From the human T2T-CHM13v2.0 reference genome, Homo sapiens: a stretch of DNA of 64,000 nt. Where the stretch lies: the NCBI RefSeq assembly GCF_009914755.1, contig NC_060932.1. One strand, 5' to 3'. Position 1 is the first letter of the stretch. The number at the start of each line of letters is the position of its first letter. This document shows positions 60,826 through 64,000 of this stretch, piece by piece. The notes beneath the pieces were generated by a model, which worked only from the letters and a program-made list of their open reading frames with translations, ran no database searches and was not told the origin of the DNA. Position numbers and translations under genes: made by a program.

Positions 60826-61111
60826 CTTTGGGAGGCTGAGGAGGGCTGATCACTTGAGGTCAGGGGTTCCAGACCAGCCTGGCCAACATGGCAAAACCCC
60901 ATCTCTACTAAAAATACAACAAAAAATTAGCCGATCATGGTGGCGCATGCCTGTAATCTCAGCTACTTGGAGGCTGAGGCAGGAGAATTGCTTGAACCCA
61001 GGAGGCAGAGGTTGCAGTAAGCCAAAATCGCATCACTGCACTCCAGCCTGAGAGCCTGGATAACAGAGTGAGACTCTGTCTCAAAACAAAACAAAACAAA
61101 CAAAAACAAAC
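60826..61111 (+). mobile_element. 5'-truncated AluS (Sz-like) with (CAAAA)n tail
   Basis: Starts at ctttgggaggctgagg; gatcacttgaggtcagg. Confidence 0.9.
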
Positions 61112-61124
61112 AATAAATGGGAGT

Positions 61125-61286
61125 TCATGAACTGAATGTCCTCCCAAATTTGTGTGTTGAAGCCCTAACCTCCAATGTGATGGTATTTGAAGGCAGAGTC
61201 CTTGGAGGTAATTATGTTTAGATGAAGCCGTGAGGGCAGGGCACTCATGAGCCCTCTTTATTTCTCTTTCTGCCATGTGAGGATAC
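61125..61286 (+). mobile_element. MLT1A/MST-like LTR 5' part, interrupted by HERV-H
   Basis: ctgaatgtcctcccaaatttgtgtgttgaagccctaacctccaatgtgatggtatttg...tctgccatgtgaggatac. Confidence 0.75.
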
Positions 61287-61689
61287 TTTCACTCGCGTCC
61301 CTGTGAAGAGACCACCAAACAGGCTTTGTGTGAGCAATAAAGCTGTTTATTTCACCTGGGTGCAGGGGGGCTGAGTCCGAAAAGAGAGTCAGCAAAGGGA
61401 GATCGGGTGGGGCCGTTTTATAGGATTTGGGTAGTTAAAGGAAAAAGGGGGGTTGTTCTCTGGTGGGCAGGAGTAGGGGTCACAAGGTGCTCCATAGGGG
61501 AGCTTTTGAGCCAGGATGAGCCAGGAGAAGGAACTTCACAAGATAATGTCATCAGTTAAGGCAGGAACAGGCCATTTTCCCTTCTTTTGTGGTGGAATGT
61601 CATCAATTAAGGCAGAAACCGGCCATCTGGATGTGTACCTGCAGGTCACAGGGGATATGATGGCTTAGCTTGGGCTCAGAGGCCTGACA
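61287..61689 (-). mobile_element. HERV-H 3' LTR (LTR7)
   Basis: Reverse complement starts TGTCAGGCCTCTGAGCCCAAGCTAAGCC and ends GGACGCGAGTGAAA; preceded by the purine-rich tract aagaatacaggaa. Confidence 0.97.
61346..61422 (-). promoter_or_regulatory. LTR7 TATA box (TATAAAA, 61416-61422) and polyA signal (AATAAA, 61346-61351)
   Basis: Both motifs seen at their canonical LTR7 positions on the minus strand. Confidence 0.75.
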
Positions 61690-64000
61690 TTCCTGTATTC
61701 TTATATTAATAAGAAAAATAAAACGAAATAGTGGTAAAGTGTTGGGACAGCGAAATTTTTGGGGGGGATGGTATGGAGAGATAATGGGCGATGTTTCTCA
61801 GGGCTGCTTTGAGGGGGATTAGGGGCAGCGTGGCAACCTAGAGTGGGAGAGATTAAGCTGAAGGAAGATTTTGTGGTAAGGGGTGATACTGTGGGGTTGT
61901 TAGAAGAAACATTTGTCATTTAGAATGATTGGTGATGGCCTGGATACAGTTTTGTATGAATTGAAAAACTAAATGGAATAAGAGAAGGAGAAAAACAGGT
62001 ATTAAAGGACTAAGAATTGGGAGGACCTAGGACATCTAATTAGAGAGTGCCTAAGGAGGTTCAGCATAGCCTTGCCAGCAAAGATTATTTATTTACTTCA
62101 AGAGTTCAGAGTGGCAGTTTGGGGATAGCACCAGGAGATACCAGCTGTGATGGCTTGGAGAAACAGTGTAAACCGGCAGTGTAAACAAGAGCAGGGCATG
62201 TATGAGTAGTTGAGAACGGTGAATAGGAGTATGACTAGACAGAAGATAGTAGGGATGACAAGTTTTTTGGGGCACAGTCCAAGTTGGTCTGGTGTCTGGA
62301 ATGAGACTGGGGCCTAATAAAAAGGAGCGTCTATACAGGAGCTCAAATGGGCTGTCCCTTGTAGCATTCCCAGGACAGGCCTGAATTCTGAGAAGGAAAA
62401 GTGGTAAAAGTATTGTCCAGTCCTTTTTAAGTTGGTGGCTGAGCTTGGTGAGGTGTGTTTTTAAAAGACCATTAGTCTGTTCTACTTTTCCTGAAGACTG
62501 AGGACTGTAAGGGATATAAAGGTTTCACTGAATATAAGAGCCTGAAAAACTGCTTGGCTGATTTGACTAATAAAGGCCGGTCTGCTATCAGACTGTATAG
62601 AGGTGGGAAGGCCAAACTGAGGAATTATGTCTGACAGAAGGGAAGAAATGACCGTGGTGGCCTTCTTAGACCCTGTGGGAAAGGCCTCTACCTATCCAGT
62701 GAAAGTGTCTACCTAGACCAAGAGGTATTTTAGTTTCCTGACTCGGGGCATGTTGAGTAAAGCTAATTTGCCAGTCCTGGGCGGGGGCAAATCCCTGAGC
62801 TTGATGTGTAGGGAAGGAAGGGGGCCTGAATAATCCCTGAGGAGTAGTAGAATAGCAGACGGAACACTGAGAAGTTATTTCCCTGAGGATAGATTTCCAC
62901 GATGGAAAGGAAATGAGAGGTTCTGGGAGGCGGGCTAGTGGCTTGTGCTATAGCATAGCCTGCCTTTGCTGGTGTGTGGCGATTAGGCCTGGTGGAACTG
63001 CCATCAATAAACCAAGTGTGATCAGGGTGAGAAACAGGGAAGAAGGAAATGTGGGGAAATGGGGTGAATGTCAGGTGGATCAGAGAGATGCAGTCATGAG
63101 GGTCAGGTGTGGTATCAGGAATAATGTGGGAGGCCGGATTGACGTCCGGGCCAGGAACAATGGTAATTGTGGGAGACTCAACAAAGAGTGAGTACAGCTG
63201 AAGGAGCCAGGGAGCAGAAAGTATATGCGTCAGGTGTGAGGAAGAAAACAGATTTTGGAAATTATGAGAGCTGTAGAGAGTCAGTTGTGCATAGTTTTTT
63301 ATTTTAAGGGCCTCTAAAAGTATTAGGGCAGTAGCAGCTGCTGCATGGAGACATGATGGCCAGCCTAAAACAGTAAGGTCAAGTTGTTTGGACAAAAAGC
63401 CTGCAGGACACAATCCCGGTCCTTGTGTAAGAATTCCGACTTCACAGCCCTGCACTTCGGCTGTGTGTAATGAAAAGGGTTGGGATGAGTCAGGGAGAGC
63501 CAGGGTCGGGGCAGTCTCTAAAGCTGTCTTCAAGGAATGGAAAGAGGAGTGGGGAAAGGATTTAGGATCTATGGGGTCAGCTAGGTTTCCTTTTGTGAGT
63601 TTATATAATGGTTTTGTTAGGATGGCAAAACCAGGTATCCAAAGGTGAAAGTGTCCAACCATGCCCAGGAAGGAAAGGAGTTGTTGTTTTGTAGAAGGTG
63701 CTGGGGTTTGAGAGATTAGTCAGACACGATCAGCAGGAAGAGCACGTGTATTTTATGAGAATTATGCTGAGATAGATAGGTAACAGATAAGGAAGAAATT
63801 TGGGCTTGACTGAAGTAATGGAGGCTGTCCGTGAAGCTTTGCAGCAGTACAGCCCAGGTAATTTGCTGAGCCTGATGGGTGTCTGGGTCAGTCCAAGTAA
63901 AAGCGAAGAGAGGCTGAGATGAAGGGTGCAAAGGAATAGTAAAGAAAGCATGTTTGAGATCCAGAACCGAATAATGGATTGTGGAGGGAGGTATTGAGGA
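61690..64000 (-). mobile_element. HERV-H internal region (env remnant, deleted pol), continuing beyond the window
   Basis: Continuous match to HERVH-int as recalled; pol-derived peptides in the ORF track. Confidence 0.95.
62763..63951 (-). pseudogene. pol: HERV-H pol remnant (RT fragments, connection domain, RNase H start)
   Basis: FAFTWTDPD...TWAVLLQSFTDS (degenerate LPQGF region), WIPGFAILTKPLY, LSKQLD and WFIDGSS; no YxDD motif visible; frameshifts. Confidence 0.9.

Noticed and set aside
62763-63662. 299-aa ORF as a domesticated retroviral gene
   Set aside because: A typical HERV-H pol remnant with no visible RT catalytic motif, drifting out of frame after the RNase H start.

Overview
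This is primate genomic DNA, almost certainly human: it carries near-consensus AluYb8 and AluYg6 copies, both human-specific subfamilies. It is AT-rich and intergenic or deep intronic. I see no cellular protein-coding exon, RNA gene or CpG island. The long ORFs in the track come from retroelements (L1 ORF1/ORF2, HERV-H pol, MaLR internal region) or are Alu, microsatellite or chance frames. The main elements are a full-length THE1D/MSTA MaLR, many solo LTRs, several Alus with target-site duplications (TSDs), a ~5 kb L1PA3/4 with a twin-priming 5' inversion and a 3' transduction, a second older inverted L1, and the 3' half of a minus-strand HERV-H provirus (LTR7) that runs off the right edge. 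Subfamily names come from my recall of consensus sequences and need RepeatMasker/Dfam confirmation. I found no convincing novel biological system. The best leads are the LTR7up-like HERV-H LTR, insertion-mechanism scars (transduction, locally templated junction DNA), short local doublets and a 67-bp minisatellite.
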